Shown: one piece after another, positions 13,700 through 25,328 of the stretch | Numbering within the stretch: position 1 is the stretch's first letter | How the letters are laid out: each line of letters opens with the position of its first letter | Assembly: GCA_951406725.2 (NCBI GenBank) | Contig: OX597833.1 | Coordinates: forward strand, 8,928,001-8,992,000 | Reading direction: 5' to 3' | Origin: Octopus vulgaris | Lineage: Eukaryota | Length of the DNA: 64,000 bases | Position numbers and translations under genes: made by a program | Notes under the pieces: generated by a model | The model's database searches: none | What the model was told of the DNA's origin: nothing | Seen by the model: only the letters and a program-made list of their open reading frames with translations

Positions 13700-14330
13700 T
13701 TCCTTCTAAATCTGAGGTCCAAAATGCTTTAACGAAAGGAATGAGAAATCTAGACTACATTTACAGCAAGAGGCCTTAAGGTAAACTTAGAAAATACTAA
13801 AGTCTTAGCATGTAGGAAAGAAAACTGTATTTTGGTATCATTGGAGAAATGGTCACGCTCAAGATGCAGCTGAAGGAAAAGGCATAAACAGCATTTGTTG
13901 TGGCTAGAGCATGCAAGAAGTCTAGAAGAATCAGAAGTAGACCAACAAAGGAGGTAGGCTTTATACGGGTTGATGCATTGCAGTAATATGCATCCTAATA
14001 TAGGAAATAGATTCTCTTAAATGTTTGAACGGCTCACTAGAAAAAAGTTGATTAGTTTTGTTATTTGGGAGATGTAATTAGCAAGAGAAATGGTTGCTCT
14101 GAAAGTATAGTAACCAGAGAAAGAATCGGTTCATAAAAGATACTTCCACTTTTGGCAACAAAGGTTTTGTTTTTCTTGTCAGAGTCTAGATTGTACGACC
14201 TTTGTGTAGAACTGTTGTGTTGAATAATAGTATGATGTTGGCCTTGAGTGCAGGAAATGGAACCAAGAAAAACTTGGTCGGAAAATGCTGAAGGCTAAGG
14301 ATGCTGTACCGGACAGACGAGATGACAAAG
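13700..14330 (+). mobile_element. Highly degraded RTE LINE fragment
   Basis: Recognisable similarity to the 8700-9200 RTE segment (GLKVNL..TKV, SFCYLGDVI). Confidence 0.6.
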
Positions 14331-15275
14331 GACCACAATGGTTGATGATACACTGTAGAAGACCTGCCCCTACCCACTGGCAACTAGTTCTATCACTCAA
14401 GGGTGGTATTTAGGGGGTAGTAATAATATTTGTATCCTACCATGCCAACATTTGCTGTCTCTTCCCTTACGTCCTTGATCCCCACCTCCAATCTACATGT
14501 TGCTCCCTTCTTGCCTTTTTTGTCCATCTCAACACTCATAACCATTCATCTCTCATCACTCCACCATCCATATCTAGACCTATATGTATATACACTAGCC
14601 CACTACCATCCTCCACTCTCTGCTGCCAGCCAGCATGCCTTCTCTCCCCTGGTGTAGCCATCCCTAACCGTTTGCTATTGTCGGTCATCCCCCTTTCTTC
14701 TCACACCCCTCTTATTCCACTCAAATAGGTTTGCCCTTTCTATCATGCCCCACTTCTCTTCCCTTTGACCCCTTCTGCCATTACCAAACACCCTTGCCCT
14801 CCACACACCACCTCTACATATTCCTGCTTCTTACCCTCATACCCTTGTTACCACATCTGTTCTAGTCCTTCTGATGTCATTGTGTTTTCTCTCCAATTCC
14901 CCTCCTGGGTCCCCTTATTTATTGAGAATCATTTATACCCCTGTCCCCACCTCTCAAACAAGCATTTCTAGCTTTTCCACCATCATTGTTCCCTTTCCAA
15001 ATTTGCATTTTCTGTACAAGGCCCTATTGTTCACTCTGTAAAGTTGTTGCCTAAATGAGCAAAATGTAGGGTTATGAAGTCCCTAGGGTCCTCTTTCACC
15101 AGCAACCATTCAACCTCTCTAGTGCTGATGTCACCAGAAAATTCAAAATTTATTCGTTTGTTTATAAAAATAGCTTCTGACTCGTACATCAATGTCAACA
15201 GTTTTTTAGTTTCTTCCTTGTGTGTTGTCGACAACAGGATATAAAACACAAAGTGAACATTTACTATATAATCTG

Positions 15276-15586
15276 ACCAGCAGTATTGCCTGGCGTTGCT
15301 CGGGTTTGTAAGGGAAATAACTATATAAGCATTTTTAGAGAGTTACTTCCCTTATATAACCCGAGCAAAAATCATTAAAAATGCGGAAAAATGATGGTAA
15401 ATTTTTTTTTTTAAACCGTAGACTCATCGTAGACTCACACTAATACCCAGAAGGGCTCGATATGAATGACGACTATAAGATACCCACTTTTGGTTAAACT
15501 GCACTGGAAAATTGTGGGAGTAGTTAGGAATCTAAATCAGAGAAGACAGACACACACACACACAACTTTAGTTTTATATATAAAGA
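15276..15586 (+). mobile_element. Helentron/HINE-like non-autonomous element
   Basis: 5' ACCAGCAGTATTGCCTGGCGTTGCTCGG, internal (CA)n, 3' TTTTATATATAAAGAT, as in DINE/HINE-type elements. Confidence 0.5.
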
Positions 15587-15959
15587 TGAAGCATATTGAC
15601 TACATTCTCAGATAAATCATCATTCATACACATATAGGCATATTTGCACATTTTGTTATATCAAGACTTTTTTCCATCTTGTAGTAGCAGTAGTGGTGGT
15701 GGTGGTGGTGGTGGTGTGACAGGTAGCATACCTCCACCTGCAAAAGCCATGGGCTCATCACTTTTGTCAAAAATCAAAAATGTTCTCATAAGGCAGAGTA
15801 GAAGAATGTAAAAGTGAGAGATGAGGCATAGACAAGAGCTTGCTCTTATGTCCAATGTGGGGGGTAGGGAGAAGTGAATAGGCCCAAAGAATTACTGGTT
15901 CGTGTTTTATTGATTTTAGAGTTTGAGAGCCAAATATAACCTTTGTGGGATTTTGCTAT

Positions 15960-16580
15960 TAGCTTATCCTGTGAGAAAGTTGACACCTGGTCAAAAGTGC
16001 ATCAGGCTGACCAGATCACAACAAAATCTGACATTGTTTCAGACTAGGCCCAGCTAGTTTCCTTGAACATTTCCTAACCCAGGATGAGTTTTGGTGTCAT
16101 CACTTTGAGCCAGAGAGAAAAGAAACAATCTATGCAGTGGCAACACCTCTCCTCACCTGCTTCAAAGAAGACCAAGGTTGTGACATCTGCAGGGAAGGTG
16201 ATGGCCTGCCTCAGTTTTTGGAAAGCAAAAGTTATTGGGTTTATTGACTATCTTCAAAAGGGTTACACCATCAATGGAGAGTAATATGCCATTCGCTGAA
16301 AGACTATAAAGACCAAACACCCAGGAAAACTGACAAAAAGGCTTCTCTTGTCAGCACACAAGTTCTTGGTTTCAATGGCTGCTGTGCATGACTGTGGCTT
16401 TGAACTGGTTGATCACCCTCCTCATTCTCCTGATTTGACCCCATCTGAGTATCGTCTGTTTCCCAATGTGCAAAAAACACTTGACCGTGATCCAGTGTTG
16501 CAGTGATGATGATATTTTCGACCAATAGGATGAAAGCTTCTCCATCAATGGGATCCAAGCTCAGCAACACCAATGGCAGC
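15960..16580 (+). mobile_element. Degraded mariner transposase fragment
   Basis: DE.W.HHFEPE.KKQSMQW, SAGKVMA..FW, IDYLQKGYTINGE, FELVDHPPHSPDLTPS; stops and frameshifts. Confidence 0.88.
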
Positions 16581-17762
16581 TTTTTCTAACAAGCTCCTTC
16601 ATTGATCTTTAGTGATTCAAGATGATAGATCAAGCAAGTTTTAAAAGTCCATCCATCATCTTTATAAATTAAATACCAGTCATGAACTGGGTTTCGTTTT
16701 TTACATTCTTGCTGTCTATCTAGAAGAAATCAGCTGTCCACCCCAGAGAGATGGGCTCATCTAAAGCATACACTGAAGACATTCCATGTGTTGCAACAGA
16801 ACTCCTGCAGCTCCATCAGACATTAAGGGTTCTGGGCACATGATGTATGTTGGCTTCGGTTGGACAGTTTGGCAGAGTCTGACTGGTCTGAGGACTTGCA
16901 TTGGTCGCCAATGTCTACCTTGGCAAGGTTTCTACAGTCAGATGCTTTTCCTAATGCCAACCACTTAACAGAGGCGACTGGTTGCCTTTCTATGTGGCAC
17001 CAGCACTAGTGAGGTCACCAAGTCCCTTGCAAGACAAAATCTCTAGAAAGAGTAGAAGTGCAGTATTGATGGTGGTGGCCATGTGCCACGAGTAGAAAGG
17101 CTAAAGTGGGAGAGAGAGAGAAATGGGTGTCTTGTAAGGGAGATATATGGGTATTTTGCAGGAAAGAGAGATGATGGGGATGACGTCAGGGGGTACCCTC
17201 AAGGTTCAAGGTGGATAGAGAGAAAATGGGAGCACAGAATCAGGGCTGGCAGAATTGGTGGTGGTGGTGGGGGGAATGAGGTTAAGTGGTGGGGAGACAG
17301 AAAAGAGTGACAGTGTTCAGAGGTTCAAAGGTACATAGATGTGGTAACAGTGAGTTATAAAAATGGGCATTGATGGCAGAAATGAGGTGTTTAGGGACAA
17401 TTGACATACAGTAGACATATAGGAGTCAGGGATGATGATGGGAGAGAGGGACAGGTGGCAAGGGAAGAGGTTCTAAGAAGAGAGATAAAGGAATGGAATA
17501 TGTGCAGTTATGTTTTCCTATCAGCAGCTGAGAAATAGTGCCATAGTTAGAGGCGGGAGGGGTGGATGTTACTGGAAAGGTTCAACAGACACAGACGGGA
17601 TATGAAGCGAGTGTGCATAAGATGAGGTTAAAAAATGAACAATTAATCAATCTCCAACACAGACATATCAGAATCGCGTTTATTTATTTGCTTTAAGTAA
17701 AAACATTTGTTGTTATAATTTAGATTCAACTTCAACATCAACTGAGGGATTAATTTCATCCT

Positions 17763-17798
17763 TCACAAAAGAATGCCACCACCGGACCATTCCATTCT
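17763..17798 (-). CDS. EMC4: EMC4 terminal exon
   Basis: ttcag acceptor; [14 protein letters not shown]; AATAAA on the minus strand about 80 nt downstream (~17678-17687). Confidence 0.92.
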   Translation of the reverse strand, partial: RMEWSGGGILL

Positions 17799-20700
17799 CT
17801 GAAAGACACAAAAAGAAGAAGAAGATAACTGGTCAGTGAACCCAACACCCATAGGAGTCAAAAAAAAAAAGGTCTATCATATGTCTACCACAAACTCATG
17901 GTACATTACAATAACACCAGAATGAAAAACATTCTCGAATAAAACCACAAATGCACAAGTAGCACACACACACACACACACACAGGTGGATGGACAGACA
18001 CACAAACAAATGGATGTGTGTATACACAGATATGCATATGTGTGATTAAGTGACTGGATGACTTCCTAACGATGTTGCAAAGAGCCAACTGCCTCCAAGA
18101 ACCTCGGTCACTTTACATTCCATGCACCATCCACGACCATCGCTTCCAATGAGACTGAAGTAACTGCATGAAGTCTGCAAGAGGGCTTCAGGGAAATGGT
18201 TTTTGTTCATCAGTCAAAGCTGATTTTGGGGTCCTTGAAAGGGGCAACTGTTGCAGTTATGTTGCCTTTGACTAATCTAAGTATAATTATTGTCATATCA
18301 ATTCAATATCTCTGTTTGAGGCAGTCTTCTCTTCCAGCAAATGTGTGTGTGTGTGTGTGTGTGTAAACTAAATAACTTAAGCTATCAATTCCATAAAATT
18401 CTTGTTTCCAGACAACTCACATCTCACCATTCACCTCCCCATTTTCATGGCGTCACTGTTTCATCCCTCAAAGGAATAAAAGAATGGAAGAGGTAGAAGT
18501 CATCATCATCATCATCATCGTCATTTAACGTCCACTCATCATGCTGGTATGGGTTGGACAGTTTGACTGGAGCTGAAGAGGAGGAGAGCTGCCCCCCACC
18601 ACCACCACCACCATGCTCCAGTCTGATTTGGTATGGTTTCCTGCAGCTGGATGCCTTTCCTAATGCCAACCACTCCAAGAGTCTAATGGATGCTTTTATG
18701 TGCCACCAGCACTGGTGCCATTTACAAGCCACAGGCAGCAACCATAATTCACAGATGCCATTTCCATGCCACAAGCAACAACCACAATGACAATGCATGG
18801 CTGCCATTTCCCTGACACCAATGTCAGCCATGACTGTGGTTTCACTGGGCTTCAGGAATCTTCTCAAGCACAGCTTATTGTGAAAGGTCTCGGTCACTTG
18901 TCGTCACCTCTGTTAGGCCCAATGTTCAAAGATCATACTTCACCACCTCGTCTCATGTCTCCTTGAGTCTATCTCTTCCACAAGTTCCCCCACCCAGTTA
19001 GAGATTGGCACTTCTTTACACAGCTGGCCTCATCTACACGCATCACATAATCACACCAATGCAGACGTCTCTTGCACACCGCATCTGATGATTCTTACAC
19101 CCAACTTTTCTCTCAAGATGCTTACACTCTGTTGTGCATGCACACTGACATTGCACATCCAGTGAAGCAGACCAACTTCATTTCTTTCAAGCCTGTGAAT
19201 GTCCCTGGTGGTCACAGCCCATGCTTCACTGCTATGTAGCATAGCTGTTTGCACACAGGCATCATACAATCTGCCTTTCATTCTGAGGGGGAGGCTCTTT
19301 GTTACCAACAGAGGTAGGAGCTCTCTGAACTTTGCCCAGCCTATTCTTAATCTCGCATCCACCTCCACTACTGACTTGGTCACCCCGACAATGGAAGCTA
19401 TCAATTACCTCTAGCTTACCTGCCTGGCATTTGATAGAGTCTATTTTCTGTTTACTTGTAGTGTTTATTGTACCTGTACACCTTCCACACACAAAGACTA
19501 TATTCCCTGCAAACCTTCCTTGGAAAAGTTTGTCAAGGAGTACAAATGTGATACATACCTTTTGTGGTTCAACAAAGGCCAACCAATCAGATGGTTGCGT
19601 TGGTAACAAACCCATCACCTGGCACTTATACACAGCCAGTGCCAAACAGATGACATTCCCAAAGAAGTAAACTATTTTCTGCAAGGGTCCTTGGTAACCT
19701 TCAATCAATTTGAATGCTGAAATACAAACATTAAAACAATGATTTGGGTACAGATTTCTGTGGCAGAAGATTACTCAGGTGACCCCCTTAACTATGCTTT
19801 CTTGCCCTGTCTCCACACATTTCAACCCTAGGCTCCAGTATCATCACCACACCATCTTCAAGGCTCCCTGACTGGCAAAGCTACACACACTATTCCTATC
19901 CTGTTATGTCAATAGTCTGATACTTAAGTGTTTCTGATGCTCCATTGACTGTGAGTAGGAGTGAGGGTGAGAGATGATATGTTAAGGTGAAAGTTTACCA
20001 AGTGAAGCGGTTTCAATCCAATCACTAATATTGTGTTGCCCCTGCTGGTGGGGGTCAATGTATGTCGCTTTCTGGCCCTAAATCTTGCAGACCTACAGTC
20101 ATTAGTCACTCTTGGCTACCACCAGAACCACAGCTGGTGGTTGCCAAGAAGACATTTTCTCTACCAGTCCTGTATCTATCTCTTGTCTTCTGTCTTAATC
20201 TCTTATTCTTCTACCTTCTGATGTTGCTTACAACCACACCAATGGTGAAAACATGGTTTTCACTTGAGAAAAAAATTATAAAAATATTCAACAGAGTGTC
20301 ACTGTTGTTTTAACAAAAACTGTCAAGTGTAATTGGATGATCCCCTGTAAATAAGTGCAATGAGTATGTGCTAGTGCCACTAAGTACTTCTTCAGTTTGC
20401 ACTGCTAAAACTAAAGTCTTCCATGTACAATACCTGCCAGTGATTAGCAACTTATTCAGGGGGATACTTATCTCTCATCCACCCAACAATAAATACCAGA
20501 TATTATCCAAGGGGTCAAATGATTCATGTAAAAGCAGTTGAAAGATCAAGAAATGAGAAGTTAGAGAATAGGGAAATGAAATTTTTTTTATCTCACTTAG
20601 GAGAAGACAGCAATCTTGATGTCTTCGGGAACCCTGAAATGGGAGGGAGGGAGGGAGAGTTAATCTCAAGATGGAAACCAGGTAGACTCTGCTGAGAGCA

Positions 20701-23700
20701 GCATCTAAGGGTCAGGGGGTGATGTTGAAACGGATGACAAATATATTTTATCCCATCAGGATTGTGAAAGTGGGTGAAAAGGGTGAGTAAAAAGTGGGGA
20801 GGTAGAAAGATTGTGAAAAGTATCAGTGCTACAATCTAAGGATTGTTTTAATATAACAACAACAAAACATGACTTACTGTTTTGAATTCCAATCAGAGCC
20901 TGAATTGGTCTGAAGAACATCATTCCAACCATCATTATTGGGAAAATAGAAATTGAATTTCCAGCCATCCACATAATAATAATATTCATTGGTACTTGTT
21001 TGACAGGACCAAGGGCCACATCCCAAGATCTCTAAAAGTAGAACATCACATAAGGATTTAGGGATCTTAGCAAAAATAGTTTACACTACTTATATTCCAG
21101 TCCCGCTTTTATACAGTATCCATGAGATCTCAAAACCACAATAAAGGTCAAAGCCATAATAATACAATAGTTAATTATGTTCTCTGATTAAATTTGGGTC
21201 AATCTAAAACTCTACCACATCAACACTCCATGTTTTCATTTCATGACAGATTTTTGGCTGAAAAAACCGATCATAATAAATGCTGCAAATGACATTTCAT
21301 GCTCTGTTGTAAATGGAAATAGTAATTAAATAATACAATTAAAGTTTTAATGTCCGTAAGGGTTGGATGAGTCTGTCAAATAATTAATTAGTACATGCAA
21401 TTCATTGTACCACAGTATCTGTGTCTATATCCTTGTTACAAATGTAAGATCATAGAATCTGATCTCACATAGCAACAACAGAGTAATGTTACCAAAACTC
21501 CATTCCAGACATTTATTTTCTTTAATGCCACAAAATATTTTGGCTCTGGACCAGAGATGACCCTGACCAGACTCAAATGCCCATCTCCTTCCCTGATTGA
21601 CCGGTGGACTGAAGTTCTATAACAAACAATATCTCATTTCTTTTGAGTCTATAACATGATTAGAAACAGTAATCAAATTTCCTGTGTATGCTACTTCTTT
21701 TTAAAAAAGGGAAGCACACACATTTAATAATAGGGCAAGTTATGTAATGTCTGGATCACTTTACTTCATTGACATGCTTGATCGGGGCTGTTCACAACTG
21801 GAACAGCTTTTCATGACTCTTATGGATCAGAGCTGACATGGATGTTCAACAACATGGCTTTCCCATCCCACCCCACTACAAGATCTTTGACTCAACACTT
21901 TAATCTTTGTTCTTCACCACAAAAATTCTGTCTACCAACAATGATCAACTTGCATAAAGTCAAAGGAAAACCAACAAAAATAACAGTGAAATCAATAAGA
22001 ACTGTGTCAACCCCAAACACTGGTGGGATGTACCCCAGGAATTTGACTAAATCCACTTTACCAATCCCCACCAGAACCAGCAGGGAACAAGACTGGACAC
22101 TGAAGGGAGTGCAACGTGTCCAGAGTGTCACACTGTGCTTAAATTAATCACTGAATGGTGGACCGTGGTGGCGTATGAGTCCTTAGCTAGGCAGAGACAT
22201 GGAAGCTGTAGATTGTTGCTCAACCGACCACCGATGATCTCCTTAAAGATGGCTAATCTGAGGTGATATAACCTTATTTCTAACACCTTCTCAGTCTAAG
22301 AATTACACCAACTGCTTCTCTCTTCATCTCCTATTAGGATTAATTGTAGCAACAGGAATTAAGGACGATAATCTTCAGTAAAAACTAAATTTGTAGACAT
22401 TTTAAAACTAGAATTGATCATTAAGCTAATGAGTTTTCTCCTCACTAATTAAATCATGGTTTGCTATATTAAGTTCATTAATACCAGCTCTCCTACCATA
22501 GCATTGTGCAGACCAAAGCCTAGTGAGTGAAATTTGGTTGGGGGACATTGGGAGGGGAGATTTTTTCAATCCTTTGGAATGGAAAGAAATGAAAAGAAAA
22601 GAAGATTCAGTAAGATATTCGGTACATACTTTAACAATTAAGTCTGGATCAATGTCTTTAACTCGGTCGGATACATTGGCAGTCTCACTGTAGCCAACTG
22701 GAGGTCGGAGGTCAGAGATTCGACTCACCTGGTGGTCAGATTTGGACCTGCAAAAAAGAGAAAATAAACAACAACCTAACAAGTGTGAACTCTCATCAAT
22801 ACTATAAAAGTCAGTCACTAACTCGTGTAATACAGTACAGTGGAGAGCAGGATTGATAAAGTGACATTCTAAGTTCAGATCCAGAAGGTACTGAGTTCGT
22901 ATTTTACTCTTCTAGGGTCCATAAAATTGAACAAGCAATCAGGACTGGAATCCTTGTAATTAACTACTGTCTCCTCCCTTTCCACCAAAAACATATTGCC
23001 ATGTGTCAATGTTAATACATTTTTACTCCTTAATCATATCAATCAAGGTGCAGATTAATATCTACGTTTCTTCCCCCCCCACCATCGCTTGGCAACTGAT
23101 GGTGGTGCTTACATCTCCGTAACTTAGCGGTTCGAAAAAAGAGACTAATACAATACTAGGCTTACAAAGAATAAGTCCTAGGTCAATTTGTTCGACTAAA
23201 GGCGGTGCTCCAGCATGGTCAAAGTCAAATGACTGAAACAAATAAAAGAATATCTGTAACATTCTTTCTTTAATTTTGAAAATTGAACTGGATTCTGCTT
23301 CCTTAGATTTACAATCTTTGCTAATTTCAATTTTGTAGAATTTGGTTTAAAATAACTAACAATCTCCTATTGTCATAACTTTTTTCTCTTCGTTTGCTTC
23401 TGTCTTTGGTCATTCGTAATGCTTTGTTTTCTTTATCAAGTCTGTCATCCAACCAGTTTTCATCTGTATTTTCACGAGTAGCCCCAAAACAAAGAATTTC
23501 TTGGTCTTTAGGACCACGTTCAGGAACTGCAATCTTTGCACCCAGGGCACCAACAACTTTGTCCTCAGTGTCACCAAGATCAATGCTTTTCACTGTAATT
23601 AGTTGACCAAAATATTCTTTAATTGGAGTATAGTTGCATAGAAGAGACGCTGATTCAAAGAAATATTCTGCTTGCTTAAGTTTATTTTTTTTAACTTTGT

Positions 23701-24765
23701 GGTAGAATATCCAGCACCTCCAAAAGAAACGAACCCTCCAACAATAGCAATGTTCCGTAGAACATGGAATGGAATTGACTTCGGCCCTTTTTGTCATTTA
23801 GCAATTTGTCCGGCGCAATAACGATTATGTCAACTCACCGCCTAATAATAATAATCCTTTCTACTAAAGGCACAAGCCCTGAAATTTGTGGGGAGAGGAG
23901 TGGTCAATGACATCAACCTCAGTGCGTAACTGGTACTTAATCTATAAGGTGGTGAGCTGGCAGAAACGTTAGTACACCGGGCGAAATGCTTGGCGGTATT
24001 TCGTCTGCGTTACGTTGTGAGTTCAAATTCCGCCGAGGTCGACTTTGCCTTTCATCCTTTCGGGGTCGATAAATTAAGTACCAGTTACGCACTGGGGTCG
24101 ATGTAATCGACTTAATACCTATGTCTGTCCTTGTTTGTCTCCTCTGTGTTTAGCCCCTTGTGGGTAGTAAAGAAATAGGTACTTAATCTATCGACCCCGA
24201 AAGGATGAAAGGCAAAGTCGACCTCGGTGGAATTTGAGCTCAGAGCATAAAAACGGACGAAATACCGCTACGCATTTTGTCCGGCATGCTAACGATTCTG
24301 TCACGCACCAGTTTGTCTAATTCGGAGAGAAATCTTACTGGAATTAGAGTAAAATAAATATTAAACCATTTTTATCGAAGTTTAATTTATTCAGGAATAT
24401 ATCGAATACAAATCAGGTTAAATTAGAAAAAGACTCTTCAACTGCCGTTAGTGGTTCTACTTTAATAACATAAAGCTTAGGAATATATAGTAAATTATCA
24501 ATTAGCACAATTAGGAATAAATAACCATTAATTAATTAGCGAGGACGTTAATTGCCATCCAAGTGTTGCAGTCTCAAACTTATTAACTGGAAGAATACTG
24601 TTTACAATGATATCACCATAAACAGAATGAACGATGGATATATTCCTTCTAAGGCTGTTGAAGGCCCTAAAACAATGTAAAGACCCGAAAGTGGGAGGAT
24701 GCGACAAACCTTCCGGAGAAATCCAGAGCCCAGCGATGACGACGGATGCGGGACGAAGCCATCAT
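17763..24765 (-). CDS. EMC4: ER membrane protein complex subunit 4 (EMC4/TMEM85), complete, 5 exons, 173 aa
   Basis: Join complement(24710-24765,22630-22747,20878-21031,19559-19716,17763-17798) = 522 nt with consistent phases. Motifs: [77 protein letters not shown]. Confidence 0.96.
18500..19525 (-). mobile_element. RTE LINE, 5'-truncated, in EMC4 intron 4
   Basis: [21 protein letters not shown]; (ATG)n tail at about 18500-18521. Confidence 0.88.
19559..19716 (-). CDS. EMC4: EMC4 exon 4
   Basis: ttcag/gtatgt; FKLIEG...[11 protein letters not shown]. Confidence 0.96.
20878..21031 (-). CDS. EMC4: EMC4 exon 3
   Basis: ttag/gtaagt; conserved EMC4 core RSWDVALGP...ALIGIQN. Confidence 0.96.
22630..22747 (-). 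CDS. EMC4: EMC4 exon 2
   Basis: tgcag/gtatgt; [39 protein letters not shown]. Confidence 0.9.
23420..23775 (-). pseudogene. COA1: COA1-like (cytochrome c oxidase assembly factor 1) intronless frameshifted copy inside EMC4 intron 1
   Basis: One frame gives the TM-like [17 protein letters not shown]. After an apparent 1-nt loss near 23709 the next frame gives IFYHKVK...[18 protein letters not shown]...[13 protein letters not shown]...[16 protein letters not shown], resembling COA1/Tim21-family sequence. The TM frame has no ATG (TGA just upstream). Family call is from recall, not a search. Confidence 0.7.
23946..24177 (+). mobile_element. tRNA-derived SINE inserted into an older antisense copy of the same family (outer 23855-24300)
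   Basis: GGTGAGCTGGCAGAAACGTTAG...GAGTTCAAATTCCGCCGAGGTCGACTTTGCCTTTCATCC; flanked by the 14-bp TSD GGTACTTAATCTAT. Confidence 0.9.
24710..24765 (-). CDS. EMC4: EMC4 exon 1
   Basis: ATGATG start; [18 protein letters not shown]; gtttgt donor, phase 2. Confidence 0.88.
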
Positions 24766-25002
24766 TGACGAGAAATGACTCTCACACACAGAAGAGTTAC
24801 ACCAAGTTGTCTAACTCTTTCAGCCGGTTGGTAGTGGTCACTCGATATGCTAGAAATAACAGCTAAAATCTCCTTTAAATTACATCTTGCCATTCTTAAA
24901 AAGTAAAGGACTCTTTTTTGCTACACTGCATGCTTTCTTTTCAAATGAGTGAAAAGTCATATATGAACACATCTGAAATCATGTGTGAGTGTGTAGTATA
25001 TT

Positions 25003-25218
25003 TATTTCTTTATTGCCCACAGGGGATAAACATAGAGGGGACAAACAAGGACAGAAAACGGATTAAATCGGTTATATCGATCCCACTGCGTAACTGGTAC
25101 TTATTTAATCGACCCCGAAAGGATGAAAGGCAAAGTCGACCTCGGCGGAATTTGAACTCAAAACGTAACGGCAGACGAAATACCGCAAAGCATTTCGCCC
25201 GACGTGCTAACGATTCTG
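25003..25218 (-). mobile_element. SINE, same family as 23946-24177
   Basis: Reverse complement of the same core; further copies at about 5400-5640, 5815-5955, 26100-26327 and 63632-63800. Confidence 0.85.
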
Positions 25219-25268
25219 TGATTGAGGGTCTTTTGGAATTAAGAGAGATATGAAAAATTAGATTTTTT

Positions 25269-25328
<60 letters not shown>

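Noticed and set aside
15715-15755. PMAFAGGGML resembling an alternative EMC4 last exon
   Set aside because: No proper in-phase acceptor; the true exon [11 protein letters not shown] with a poly(A) signal is at 17763-17798.
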